From Octopus vulgaris (Eukaryota), in contig OX597817.1 in the NCBI GenBank assembly GCA_951406725.2, positions 31,620,001 through 31,684,000 on the forward strand: 64,000 nucleotides of DNA, read 5' to 3'. Every line of letters begins with the position of its first letter. The first letter of the stretch is position 1. The notes below the pieces were generated by a model. That model ran no database searches, had not been told where the DNA came from, and saw nothing but the letters and a program-made list of their open reading frames with translations. Below, piece after piece: positions 13,102-26,994 of the stretch. A program made the translations under genes and the position numbers.

Positions 13102-13504
13102 CGTACTGAAGTTATCTCCACATACAGAGAGAGTAAATCAATCACTCGGAGGCAATTGGTAACAACTCCAAATGAAAAAGGGAGATAATCTCAATTAACA
13201 TGCTATTTGAAAAGTCTGTCCACTGATCAATCTGAGTTATTTCTATCAGATCATTTCTGTTGTTTGTGTGTGCGTGTGTAAGCGAGCGCGAATTCTGCAT
13301 GAATGTATGTAAGCTGAAATCTGTGAGACATAGCATTGGATGTTTAGAAGCCATGTGCGAGATAAATGCACCGGCTTTCGCGAAACGATACCTTTCATAC
13401 TGCCTTTCATGCTACAATAAATTTTATCTTAATCTTAGTATTGAGTCACCCCATATCCTGTGAATTTTCTTAAACTAGCTTTAAATTAATGGGTTTATAT
13501 TTTG

Positions 13505-13700
13505 GTACAACGGTAGTACATTCAAGGGAAGGGTAAATGGATTACATCGACCTAAGTGTTCAATTGGTACTTATTTTACCGATCCTGAAAGGATGAAAAG
13601 CAAAGCTGACTTCGGCGAAATTTGAACCCAGAACGTAAAAATCAGGAAGAAATGCCACTAAGCATTTTGTCCAAATCACTAATGATTCTACAAGTTCATC
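13505..13700 (-). mobile_element. Diverged SINE (family B variant)
   Basis: CGATCCTGAAAGGATGAAAAGCAAAGCTGACTTCGGCGAAATTTGAACCCAGAACGTAA matches other family B copies. Confidence 0.7.
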
Positions 13701-13744
13701 CCTTAATTTAACGCTTAAATTGTGTGTGTGGTTACATATCTATA

Positions 13745-15412
13745 CCATGTTTTCCCCGAAAATAAGCCCTACCATAATTGTTCAGCATGTTTTTAATATA
13801 AACCCTACCCCGAATATAAGACCTAGTCAAAAATGTATCAGCTTCTTAGCAAGACCGTGTGATGTTAGTAAAATAAATCAACTACCGCAGCTTGCTAAAG
13901 TCCGCGCTAAGCGCGCATGCACGGAGTTGACTCCCTTGTCTTCCAGGAAAGATGAGTGCAAAAAGAAAGAGTTATTCCGTGGAGTACAAGAAAGGAATTG
14001 TGGAAGAGTTACTTAACAAGAATCTTACGGCTTTCTGTAAGATGGATCGCCAAATGGTTCGAAAATGGCGAGCAGAGTACAATAATCTCAGCAGACTGAT
14101 GGATGAGGGAAGTGCAAGTGTGGACCAGGTCGACAACCGTTACTTTTGGAGCTGGAAGATATCACCTCGGAATAGATTACTAACAGACGAACAAAGGTTT
14201 TGGTTGTACGCAGAGCTGGTATTCAAGAATTTGCTCCTGCAATGACACTACAGTTGGATATACCCCCAAACATAGTCAAAGCATCGCCTCATTGGTTGGA
14301 TAACTTTCTTCGACGATATGAGCTCTCTCTAAGAAGATCGATAATACTGTTCAAACTGGAGGATGCTGAAGTGATTCAACGTGCACTTGCATTCATGTCC
14401 TTCATTGATGGTATCGACTTTTCTAGATACAATTTCACCAATATAAATGCTGCAGATGAGACTACAATATTTATGGGCCAAGGATCTAAAACGACAATTG
14501 AACAGACAGGTGCCTCGCTAATCTAAGATGCCTCAACGGGTTACGAAAGTGCAAGAGTTACTTGTATTTTATTAATTCTTCTTGATGGAACAAAAGTCCC
14601 ACAGCTTATCACAAAGGGCATAAAAACTAAAACAGAACGAGTTTTGGGCATTTATATCGTTGAAACGGAAAAGGCTTGGTGCACACAAGCTGTTATAAGA
14701 AAATGGGTTTGATTTAACTATGCCACTTGTTTTACGTAGTTCTCAAAGAGGTCTTTTCGTCTGGGACTCGACCAGTGCTTATCGCGTAAAAGATATGAAA
14801 ACCTTCCTTTCTGAAAGAAGAATTGACCACATAATGATTCCCGCAGGAATGACTTCATATCTACTAACATTAGATCTCGTAATAAACAAGACCTTCAAGG
14901 ATTATTTTCGGATGGAAGTGAATGAATATATCGAACATAGAATGGAGAGAAATCAGCGTGGAAACTTTGTCAAACCCAACCTCCAAGAGGTCGTGAACTG
15001 GGTGAAGAATGCATGGAATAAAATTACCGACAGTTGCGTTGCCAATGCATTACGAGCAGGGTACTTCGTTTAAGGAAAGTTATATTGCCAAATATGTGAG
15101 ATTGAGGTCTATGATTCTACAGGAATTTTGCAAGAAATTCAGTCTGAAGTTCGGGGTTTGATGATTTGTAATGATGTTCCAGAAGAGGACGAAATGGTTA
15201 TACTTGACTAAAAACACAAACAAATAAACTTTTGATAACTAAAAACATGAGTTTCCTTTTTACAATTTTTTTCTTTTTACACGAGGACATGAGACTTTTT
15301 TGTCTTGGGTTTTTTCCGCAAATATATAAGACATCTCTCGAAAATAAGCCCTAATGTATTTTTTGGATGTAGAATTGATATAAGACAGGGTCTTATTTTC
15401 GGGGAAACACGG
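13745..15412 (+). mobile_element. Full-length pogo/Tc2-like DNA transposon with disrupted transposase (about 13952-15210)
   Basis: TIRs CCATGTTTTCCCCGAAAATAAG (13745) and CTTATTTTCGGGGAAACACGG (ends 15412), with TA on both sides. Frameshifted pieces: MSAKRKSYSVEYK (Brinker-like DNA-binding domain), KASPHWLDNFLRRYELSLRR (CENP-B HTH), AADET, FVWDS..AY and PAGMTSYLLTLDLVINKTFKDY (DDE_1 domain). Confidence 0.93.
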
Positions 15413-15537
15413 TACGTATATGTCTATTTATGTATGAAGAAACGCCGCAAAGCATTTAATCCAAAGCGCTAGCGATTCTAGCAGCTCATCCCTAAATTCA
15501 ACATTCAAATTGTGTGGTTACATATTCATACGTATAT

Positions 15538-15598
<61 letters not shown>

Positions 15599-15599
15599 G

Positions 15600-16726
<1,127 letters not shown>

Positions 16727-16971
16727 CATATGTGTGTGTGTGTACATATAAATGCATATATACATACGCGTATATTTGTACATATACACATACATACACA
16801 CGCACACAAGTCTTTATACCTGTCAAGACTATAGAAATTATAGTACAAGTACAAATAAAGAACAGAGATGAAGAAAATAAATGTATAGAGAAAATATTAA
16901 GAAGAAATTTAAAATAAAGTGAAAAAAAATCAGTTTGGATTTTTCGTGCATCTTTTCTCCATTCTCTACAA

Positions 16972-17357
16972 GGAGTAGGAGTGACTGTGTAGTAAGTAGC
17001 TCACTTACCAACCAGATGGTTCTGGGTTCAGCCCCACTGCATGGTACCTTGGGCAAGTGTCTTCTACTATAGCCTCGGGCCGACCGAAGCCTTGTGAGTG
17101 GATTTGGTAGACGGAAACTGAAAGAAGCCCATCGTATATATGTGTTTGGGTGTCTGTGTTTGTTCCCCCAACATCGCTTGACAACCGATGCTGGTGTGTT
17201 TACGCGCCCGTAACTTAGCGGTTTGACAAAAGAGACCGATAGAATAAGTACTAAGCTTTAAAAAAAATTAATCTTGGGGTCGATTTGCTCAACTAAATGC
17301 GGTGCTCGAGCATGGCCAAAGTCAAATGACTGAAATAAGTAAAAGAGTAAAAGAGTA
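16972..17357 (+). mobile_element. tRNA-derived SINE (family A)
   Basis: GGAGTGACTGTGTAGTAAG...GGGTTCAGCCCC head, internal (TA/TG) tract, and a (GTAAAAGA)n tail. Confidence 0.9.
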
Positions 17358-18106
17358 CGTTTGCTTGAAGAGGTCAATGGCCAACATCCCTCTAATATGA
17401 CATTGCTGAAATGCGAAGCCAGAGACATTGGCTTGCAATTCCATACATCTGTTCCATTTCTTTCTGAAAGGACATATACCCTCTTTCAAATTTTAGGAGG
17501 TTTAACACATTCCAGAATAATTTTCGGAAAAGTTCTCGAAGCAGATTAGCTAAGGAATTATTTTTCGGCACGTTTAAAGGAGATTTGTAAAGAAGCTTTC
17601 AGGGCTTGTTGAGATTAAATACATTTCGTCTATAGCAGCTATTACATCAGTTTCCTCTACGTCTGTGTAACTGAGGATTGTAACTTCTTTATGAAAGACT
17701 CCAGTGTCGAAAAACACTGTTGGCTCAGCTATTTGTGTACGAACAGGGAGGTGAAAATAGTATTGAATTGTTCATTGAGAGGACATTGCAGTGTGTGACC
17801 CACTTCCTTTAAACAATATCACTATTTTGCGGTGCACAGAGGCTGTTTCATTCGCGAAACTCTAAAGGATTTTGAGGTTAGTTTTTATGTTTTTTCAAAG
17901 ATCAGGTTGCCTTTATTGCTCTTTCATTTTCATGAGAGTACTTTATTTTATTCTCAAAGAATTTGAGCGGCCGTTTTAGTTTCTTAATTTCTCAATTATT
18001 TGTTTATTCTAATTATTTCAAAACGGTTTCATCTGCCTCCTTCATATATATATGTATGCGCGCGTATGTGCATATCTGTATATGCATACATGCATACAAA
18101 AACATG

Positions 18107-18150
<44 letters not shown>

Positions 18151-18154
<4 letters not shown>

Positions 18155-18418
18155 CGTGATCACCGTGACCGACCAGGCTATCAGATGTTGCTACACATCG
18201 CTGGTCACAATGCGCTTCGCATTGTTTTAGCCTTCAAATGATGCCACCCCGCTGGCCAACAGAAGAAAGAGTGAGAGAAAGTTGTGGCGAAAGAGTACAG
18301 CAGGGATCGCCACCACCCCCTGCCGGAGCCTCGTGGAGCTTTAGGTATTTTCGGTCAACAAACCGCGATCCTACGACCGCGAGTCCGCTGTCCTAACCAC
18401 TGGGCCATTGCGCCTCCA
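18151..18418 (-). mobile_element. tRNA-derived SINE (family C), internally deleted
   Basis: Minus-strand head GGAGGCGCAATGGCCCAGTGGTTAGGACAGCGGACTCGCGG. Body shared with the 29733 and 35015 copies. Confidence 0.85.
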
Positions 18419-18420
18419 CT

Positions 18421-18630
<210 letters not shown>

Positions 18631-18715
18631 AGAGGGATCAGCCATCTGAATGTGGCTAGGGTCAGGGCGGGGTGGTGGGGGTGTTACTGATGCATTTAGC
18701 CCCAATATATATATA

Positions 18716-18906
18716 TAATAAATATTAGGGAATAAATCCAAATTTACAGGGAAAAATCAGATTTAGGATAGAATCCAATTTTATAGTAAAATATTATATT
18801 ATATTAAATTAGAGACAAAACCACTATTATGCAAATCAAACAAAGAAAGACTTAAGCCAATACATAAAATAATTTATATAAATTTAGAAATTTAACAATT
18901 TTAAAC

Positions 18907-18963
<57 letters not shown>

Positions 18964-19241
18964 TAAATTAGAGACAAAACCACTATTATGCAAATCAAAC
19001 AAGGAAAGACTTAAGCCAATACATAAATTAATTTATATAAATTTTGAAATTTAACAATTATAATTGCTAAATTTCTAAATTTATATAAATTAATCTATGT
19101 ATTGGCTTAAGTCTTTCTTTGTTTGATTTGCATAATAGTGGTTTTGTCTCTAATTTAATATAATATAATATTTTACTATAAAATTGGATTCAATCCTAAA
19201 TCTGATTTTTCCCTGTAAATTTGGATTTATTCCCTAATATT

Positions 19242-19246
<5 letters not shown>
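18716..19246. repeat. Direct plus inverted repeat block embedded in (TA)n
   Basis: Unit at 18716-18900, partial direct copy at 18958-19060, and full inverted copy at 19061-19246. Confidence 0.9.
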
Positions 19247-19297
<51 letters not shown>

Positions 19298-19429
19298 TAT
19301 AATAAATACGTACATGTGTACATAAGTACATAAGTACTTAACATGGATATATGTATATTTATATATTGAATACTGCATTAGCTAAATATATGATATTCCA
19401 TTTAAGTAGACGCTACTATGCACAATTTA

Positions 19430-20326
19430 CGAGGGATGATTCAATAACTAACCGGACTGTTACCATAGTAACGAAGCAGAATATAGCCGCTTTGCACAGA
19501 GTGACCTTGAACTCTGCTATGCATGCGCACTAAGTTTTAACGTTCTAGTTCACTTCCACTGTTTACAGCACTGATTGGAAGGAGGGTGTGTAGCGTGTGA
19601 TCGTCGCATTGACCATGACAGAGAGAGTTGTTATGACGATACTTACTCAGAGACCGACGCAAAGTCGCAGAAAGTGTATGGAGAGGAGTATACGAGCCGC
19701 ACACAAGTGTACGAGTGGTTCAGACATTTCCAAGATAGCTGAAAAAATTTCGATATCGACGGATGTTTTGGGAGACCTGCAACCAGCAGAACTGAGGAAA
19801 ACATCGCAGATGTGCGTGCAGCTGTGAGGGTAAATTGTCTAATCACCATCTGTAAGTTATCAAAGGGTGTGCAGATTAGTTACGGTTCAGTTCAGTCCAT
19901 TATCACCGAAGATTTGGGTATGAGACGTGTACCAAATTTGTGCTAAAACTGCTTTCACCTAACCAAAAAGACACTGGGATTTCAGTAGCACAAGATCTTG
20001 ATTGTGTCGCGAATGATGAAATCTTTTTGAAAACTTTGCGTAGGCCTCTGAGCAGGTATCACTAAGCTTTTGGCAAAATTTGATGTAGGTTCACTGCTAA
20101 ATTGTCTCTGTCATGGTCAATGCGGCGATCACACGCTACACACCTTCCTTTGAATCACTGCTGTAAACAGCGGAAGTGATCTATAACGTTAAAACTTAGT
20201 GCTTCAAAGAAATGTGTGTAGCGTGTGATCGTCGCATTGATTTTGACAGAGACAATTTAGCAGAGAACCTACATCAAATTTTGCCAAAAGCTTGGTGATA
20301 CCTGTTCAGAGGCCTACTCAAGGTTT
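19430..20326 (+). mobile_element. Mariner relic (5' TIR and transposase N-terminus) with fold-back rearrangement
   Basis: TA-CGAGGGATGATTCAATAAC TIR-like start. KVYGEEYTSRTQVYEWFRHF...GRPATSRTEENI...ISYGSVQSIITEDLGMRRV is a mariner HTH region. Inverted copy of the 5' part at 20031-20202 and a forward copy at 20214-20326. Confidence 0.85.
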
Positions 20327-21048
20327 CTTACACTTAATTATATTCAACTTTATTATTTATTGTCCTTTGTATTAAATCTTTCGCCTCATATACTATAACC
20401 TCTTCAGGGACTCTCCATTCCAGATGACTCCTTTTGAAGTGCGTGTGGTTATTTGGCAAAAATAAAATGACCAATTTGTATAAGATTTTATACCTGTCAT
20501 CACATTTTTGTATGATCACATGTAGAACTCTAACTCTTGCCAAAATGTTTTCTCTGTGACCCGAACAGATCCACTTGATGTGTATGTATCAAATCTTATT
20601 CAACAAACAATGAGTCGTAAAGTAACGGCTCACTCAGACTACGCTCTGAATAAATATTATTCCAGCCTATCTATTCATTGTGTACTTTCTTTCGCCAATT
20701 TGCATCTCAAACCAGTGGGATATCACCAACAGCACACAGACAAAGACTCACACAAAAACACACACACACACACACATACATACACTCACACACACACAAA
20801 CACGCACACAAATATTCGAGCGTGTGCGCGTGTTCGTGTACGTGTGAATGGATGCTAGTATGTGTGTGTGTGCATATATAAACATTCGTATATATTTTTA
20901 TGCAAGTACTTATATATATATATATATATATATGTAAGCACACACGCGCGCACACACACATATGTGTATGTATTTGCATGTGTGCGTGTATATACACACA
21001 TATACCTATATAGAAACATGTATATATAAGTTTCTTTCTACATATGCG

Positions 21049-21089
<41 letters not shown>

Positions 21090-21091
21090 AT

Positions 21092-21144
<53 letters not shown>

Positions 21145-21431
21145 CAGACAGATAAAGATAATGTGTGTGTATTTGTGTGAATGTGTGTGTGTGTATGTGT
21201 GTGTACGTGCATTTACGTATACAAGTATATATATATACAATGGAGCAAACCATAAAACAATACAAGAACTACAACACAACAAATGCGTTGAACACTGGAC
21301 TTATTTCAAATACAGACCCATATACAAATTACATGAATGAAATCGAATCTATACTAACTATCCTTTCACTTGTTTCAGCCAGAGGTTATAACCAAGCTGA
21401 AACATCCTGCTTGGTGTAATTTATTGTTTAT

Positions 21432-21596
21432 TTCGATTCACTTCAACATTTAAGTTTAATTTGTCAAAATATTTTCGTCGCTTTAAGACCGCGACCTGTT
21501 CACTGACAAAAATCCGTGTTGTCAGTGAACAGGTCGCGGCCTTAAAGCGACGAAAATATTTTGACAAATTAAACTTAAATGTTCAAGTGAATCGAA
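21432..21596. repeat. Near-perfect palindrome, 78-bp arms (2 mismatches) and 9-nt loop
   Basis: 21432-21509 is the reverse complement of 21519-21596. Confidence 0.95.
21519..21567 (+). ncRNA. Type-I hammerhead-ribozyme-like motif, G3:C8 variant (mirror copy on the minus strand at 21461-21509)
   Basis: Stem I TTGTCA/TGACAA, core GTGAACA, stem II GTCGC/GCGAC, GAAA, palindromic stem III AATATT, predicted UUU cleavage triplet. Confidence 0.6.
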
Positions 21597-22422
21597 CGGC
21601 TTTTGTGTGTTTCTTAAATGGCTTACAAACACCTTCCACGCTGCAATTGTTTTCGTTCCAGCACACGATCTCAGATCAAATCACTTACTATGCAAGTACA
21701 TCTCCGTAATTGTTTATTTCATTTCATTTTTACGGCCCTCTCTCTGTGTCTTTGTAAACGAGGAAGTTGGACTACGCCTTCACCATATGCGTTTCTTGTC
21801 GTGATGTTGGTTCATCTCACATATAAATTTTTGTGTTAGTGATTTTGAATACACCCGCATCTACGCCTCGTAGATCTCTGAGAAGACAGAGCCTCAGTTA
21901 TTTTTGTCTCACCCAGTAGGTTTTCTGTTGCATTGGAGTAACCCGCTAGGTGTAACAACGATGGATTGCCTCTAGTATTCGCCGCTATTCGGTAATCACA
22001 ATTACAGGTACGTAGCAATCCAGGTGACTGAGTAAACCAAAATGGTCTACTTTTCTTTTATTCTGAATGATATCAGAATCCAATCAGTCAGTCACCTGCA
22101 TATTGCAATGTGCACACGGAATGATGCATCTCTTCTCCTGTGGATTCCCAGATAAAACATTAATTGTGAGTCTGGGATTACAATAATCCTGACCTTGTGC
22201 ATCCCGATTGCAACCTGTTTGTGGGGTGACAGCAAAGCACAAATTTCCCCGTGAAACTATATGATGCCTTTTTCAACCCACTTGTATTATTTCTCTCAGG
22301 TCTTTCTGTTGCTTTGCATTATCATCAGAGGTTTTGACTGATTGTGATACTTTGTCAATGTAACTAGTGGTAGTGACTAATGATAGTGACTTTGTATCCT
22401 TAAAGTATCTAGTGGTATGACT

Positions 22423-22652
22423 GCGGCGAGCTGGCAGAAACGTTAGCACGCCGGGCGAAATGCGTAGCCGTATTTCGTCTGTCGTTACGTTCTGAGTTCA
22501 AATTCCGCCGAGGTCGACTTTGCCTTTCATCCTTTCGAGGTCGATTAAATAAGTACCAGTTACGCACTGGGATCGATATGATCGACTTAATAATTATGTC
22601 TGTCCTTGTTTGTCCCCTCTGTGTTTAATCCCTTGTAGGTAATAAAGGAATA
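22423..22652 (+). mobile_element. tRNA-derived SINE (family B), full length
   Basis: GCGGCGAGCTGGCAGAAACGTTAGC...GAGTTCAAATTCC head. 9-bp TSD GGTATGACT at 22414-22422 and 22653-22661. Confidence 0.92.
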
Positions 22653-22689
22653 GGTATGACTTAAAGCATGTCCGAGAGAGCCACCATAC

Positions 22690-23330
22690 AACAGTAACGA
22701 TCTTAATTCAAACAGCTGTATCTCTGTGAAACCTTACTAAGAATAGATAACGCCTCGGAAGTTGTAGACTACAACTGACTGACTCTTTTTTTCAAACTTT
22801 TATGCATTTAGCTTCCTATGATGTTAATGTTTGTCTGTATTTATATCTACTGTTATATTTAGGAACTTAGCTATCGTTAAATTAATGTTAATTATTATGT
22901 TTAAGCCAAACTCCCAAAGTATTTCTTTTAAATCTTTTGTAAGGCAGTGACTATTCATATTGCATAAGATTTCTAAGCCATCATCACGGCTTACAATCTT
23001 TAGTAGTGGGAGTTGTTTACTCTTTGAGAGTATCATTAAGTACATTAAATCGACCATTTCAGCTATATCGTAGCTTTTCATGTAGATAGTGAACTGAAGG
23101 ACATCCTCCTTTATAAATCAGCAGAAATTATCATAATGCAACAGTGGCTTCCTGGCTTTCATTACTAACCTAATGTCCAGCTCACTAACTGTGGTGACTT
23201 CTCTTATGAAATTTGTGTCTTTCAGGAGGATACATTTAAGTGTAGATAGATGAATGTTCACGATATGAAATTGGGTTAAGTTGCATGCTGATTTGCTTTC
23301 GATAAACTATATATCTCCAAAGACCACACC
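22690..23330 (-). pseudogene. Penelope-like element reverse transcriptase relic
   Basis: MKSYDIAEMVDLMYLMIL...SRDDGL...FGLNIII..N....KFLNITVD matches the PLE RT pattern MGSYDGAE.C.LVG...YRDDGL...NFLDVT. It probably extends left past the SINE toward about 21850 (CNC motif). Confidence 0.75.
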
Positions 23331-23736
23331 TCGAGATACAGTTGTCAAAATACATTACGTGCTAACGCAGAAGATTCTGCTTTTCCAAAGGAGTGGTATG
23401 TTGATCGACCATATCACCTCCGGGAAACATAGAATAATGTTACACGGGACTCACACCGAACAATTTCAAAAGACGTTAGAATCAGTATCTTAATTCATTT
23501 CAGTAAAAAAATTTAAAAAATACATGAATCCCAATTTATCTTAAGAACCACGGAATTGAATGCTACCCAATTCAGTACAGCATTTTTGATATTTCATATG
23601 AAAAACAGTAGCTCCATATTTCAACGGGACAATAGCTGTCGGGTTTATTATTATTATCATTGTTGTTGTTGTTGTTGTTATTATTATTATTGTTATTATT
23701 GTTATTGTTCTTATTATTAATATTATTATTATTATT

Positions 23737-24179
23737 GAGTGAGAGAGCAGTTCATACCATCAAAGTGACACTGGGGTAAAATATACGAAGCCCAATATAC
23801 CCATCATGACTACCCGTCCGATAAAGGTACACCAGGCACATGCATCACAACCATATGTGCGCGACATGGTGATCTCATATCAAGATAAACAGCACATGAC
23901 CTTGCAGGTGGGGCCCAGTTAGAATTTTCTTCAGGTTGAGTAGCCCATCCCGCTCAAAAGGTCCCTGAATAAGGGTTGTTTAAGGATGTTGAAAGAACCA
24001 CCCATGTTTCCAGAGGTGAATTATTCAAACCCCAAAGAATCCCTCTCAACACATGGCTATGATGCTCCCCCACTACTTCTGCTCGTGATCAGAGATGCAC
24101 ATATCGTCAGCCACTAAGGGACATGCTCAACTGGTTAAGGTCAAACAACTGACAAGCAAATCTGTTGTATTGAGCAGAA

Positions 24180-24180
<1 letters not shown>
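23737..24180. mobile_element. Unclassified ~440-bp element embedded in (TTA)n
   Basis: Complex-sequence block with sharp borders and (TTA)n/(TTG)n on both sides. Confidence 0.55.
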
Positions 24181-24278
<98 letters not shown>

Positions 24279-24282
24279 ATTA

Positions 24283-24344
<62 letters not shown>

Positions 24345-24345
24345 C
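24180..24345. repeat. (TTA)n microsatellite
   Basis: Direct observation. Confidence 0.95.
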
Positions 24346-24813
24346 ATCGTTATTAATTTTGAGCAGATATTGAAGCAACCAGCCACATCCGCCAGTCGGA
24401 GGTCAGAGATACTATCTATCACCATAGAAATAGCTTATCCTGGATAATTTCCAGGTACTTCAATACCCGAGACTAACACAAATTTATAGACATCCGAAAA
24501 GCTACGGCAGTAGCAGCTCCTGATAACCATATAGCATAGGTTGTGTAATTTCCAGAATTCGCATAACGGAAGCTCACACACTTCCGTTTACCTCTGCAAC
24601 GTATTTCCGCGATGTGACACACCGTGACCAATAAAAACTGGTCTGATTAGTACTCTGCAAAGTCACCAGCATCCTCGATTAGTCACAAAATTAGATCCGA
24701 TTGCTCACTCGTATAATTAATGTTTGGGAAACACCTAGTATGGATGAGATTAATCCCCAACTATCATTATATATGTGTGTGCGCGTGTGTATGTATGAGT
24801 GTATATTCAAGTA

Positions 24814-24899
<86 letters not shown>

Positions 24900-25713
24900 T
24901 GTGCATACACACACATGTCAGTTAGATATATCTGCATGCAAGAAATTACATACACACGCATACATAAAGGCATGTGGGTGAGAAACGAATGTTAGTTAGG
25001 TGGCGGCCATATACATTTCGTCTACATTATCTTAACTATCTCAAAACAATTTCATTTATTTATTTATGCATTCATTCATTCAGTTATTCATTCATTCATT
25101 TCAGTAACGGGTGCATCAGGCCAAAGTAGAACCCCATACGAAACAGTGTATGCGTTTCAAAAGTTGCCCCGCTGCTGCCTGGACGGATTGGCTTCTTCGT
25201 TGCTCTCTTTGAAAACAGGCATGCGTGTCGATGAAAACACTGCAAGATCATAGATCATCTGAGCTTCTTCAGATTCGTTCAGTTCCCCCTGGGGCGATGA
25301 TGAGCCATGCCGAATTCCCTCGCAACTTTCCTTCCTATCCCATCAAGAAAACCGCGAATAGCTGCTTTTTAAATTATAATCCCGCTGACAAAATAACCAT
25401 TACGCTTTCCGTCCTTCCCTCCTATTTTATTTTATTTTATTTTATTTCTTACTTATTTTTTCTTTCTTTCTCTTTTTTTTTTTTTGTTTTTGCTGTGCCT
25501 TCACTTTACGTTTTTTTTTTTATTATTTACATTCTATTTTGTAGTATTCCTTTCTTTCTAACTCAATCCCCTTTCTTCAGAGGCCAGCATGGAGTCAAGA
25601 TGTTTCGGTATTGTTGTATTCCTCAGACCTTTGCGCTTTTGTATTTCTTCCAACAACTATTTTCGCATTCGAAGCGAAAATCCGGTCACAAATTTCTTGA
25701 GACGTAAATTCTT

Positions 25714-25770
<57 letters not shown>

Positions 25771-25967
25771 TTCTCTCTTTCTATATCTCTCTCTTTCTCT
25801 TTCCCCCTCTTTCTCTGTACACGCATTCACGTTCAAATTTGTACATGCATACATACACACACATACGTATGTGCACACATATACATACATGCATACATGC
25901 ACATATATACACGCGCACACACACACACATACATGTACACATACACACATATGCACACCGTATATCG

Positions 25968-26132
<165 letters not shown>

Positions 26133-26551
26133 CGAACCAAATATATAAATACGTGCAAATTCACACTCACCTATATATGTGAGAACGAGAGTGCTTGTGT
26201 ATGGGCATGTATGTATATACCTAAGTGTTGGGAACGAACTAGACAGGCGAGGGAGAGAGAATAGCGATGTTTGTGTGTGAGTCAGTGTGATTGCGTGTTT
26301 CAATTTAGGAGCAGATTTTCTATATTTCTGTTACTATATTCCTACTACTAGTTATTTGGTTCTCACTGCTGCTGTTACGGGTTGTATTGTTTACATTATT
26401 ATTGTTGCAAATGATAATGATGACGAACTGCCACCTACCTGTGTGTTTATGTTTTGGCTCTACACCTAAGTTCTTCATGCATAACAGTTTCGATTTAATT
26501 TTTTGAGTTTCGGTATATGATTTAACCCTTTGAACTAACAAAGCATCAATT

Positions 26552-26586
26552 ATGTATGTATGTATGTATGTATGTATGTATGTATG

Positions 26587-26617
<31 letters not shown>

Positions 26618-26863
26618 TTATTCAGTTTTATTTTCAGTTTTATTATTCAGTTATATTTCAAGATTTCTTGCCAATAAAGAAAGAACCGGTTTCTAACCTA
26701 GATCCAAGGCTCCTTCATTGAAATTTCAACATCAAGAACAGGGGATATTAGTTTGTATGTATGCATGTATGTATGTATGTATGTATGTATGTTTGTATGT
26801 ATGTATGTTTGTATGTATGTATGTATGTATGCATGCATGTATGTATGTATGCATGCATGCATG

Positions 26864-26895
<32 letters not shown>

Positions 26896-26966
26896 TGTAT
26901 GTATGTATGTATGTATGTATGTATGTATGTATGTATGTATGTATGTATGTATGTATGTATGTATGT
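26552..26966. repeat. (ATGT)n array interrupted by a ~160-bp insert
   Basis: ATGT arrays at 26552-26596 and 26755-26966. Confidence 0.9.
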
Positions 26967-26994
26967 GCAATAGAAGTGGTGTACAAATTTTCTA

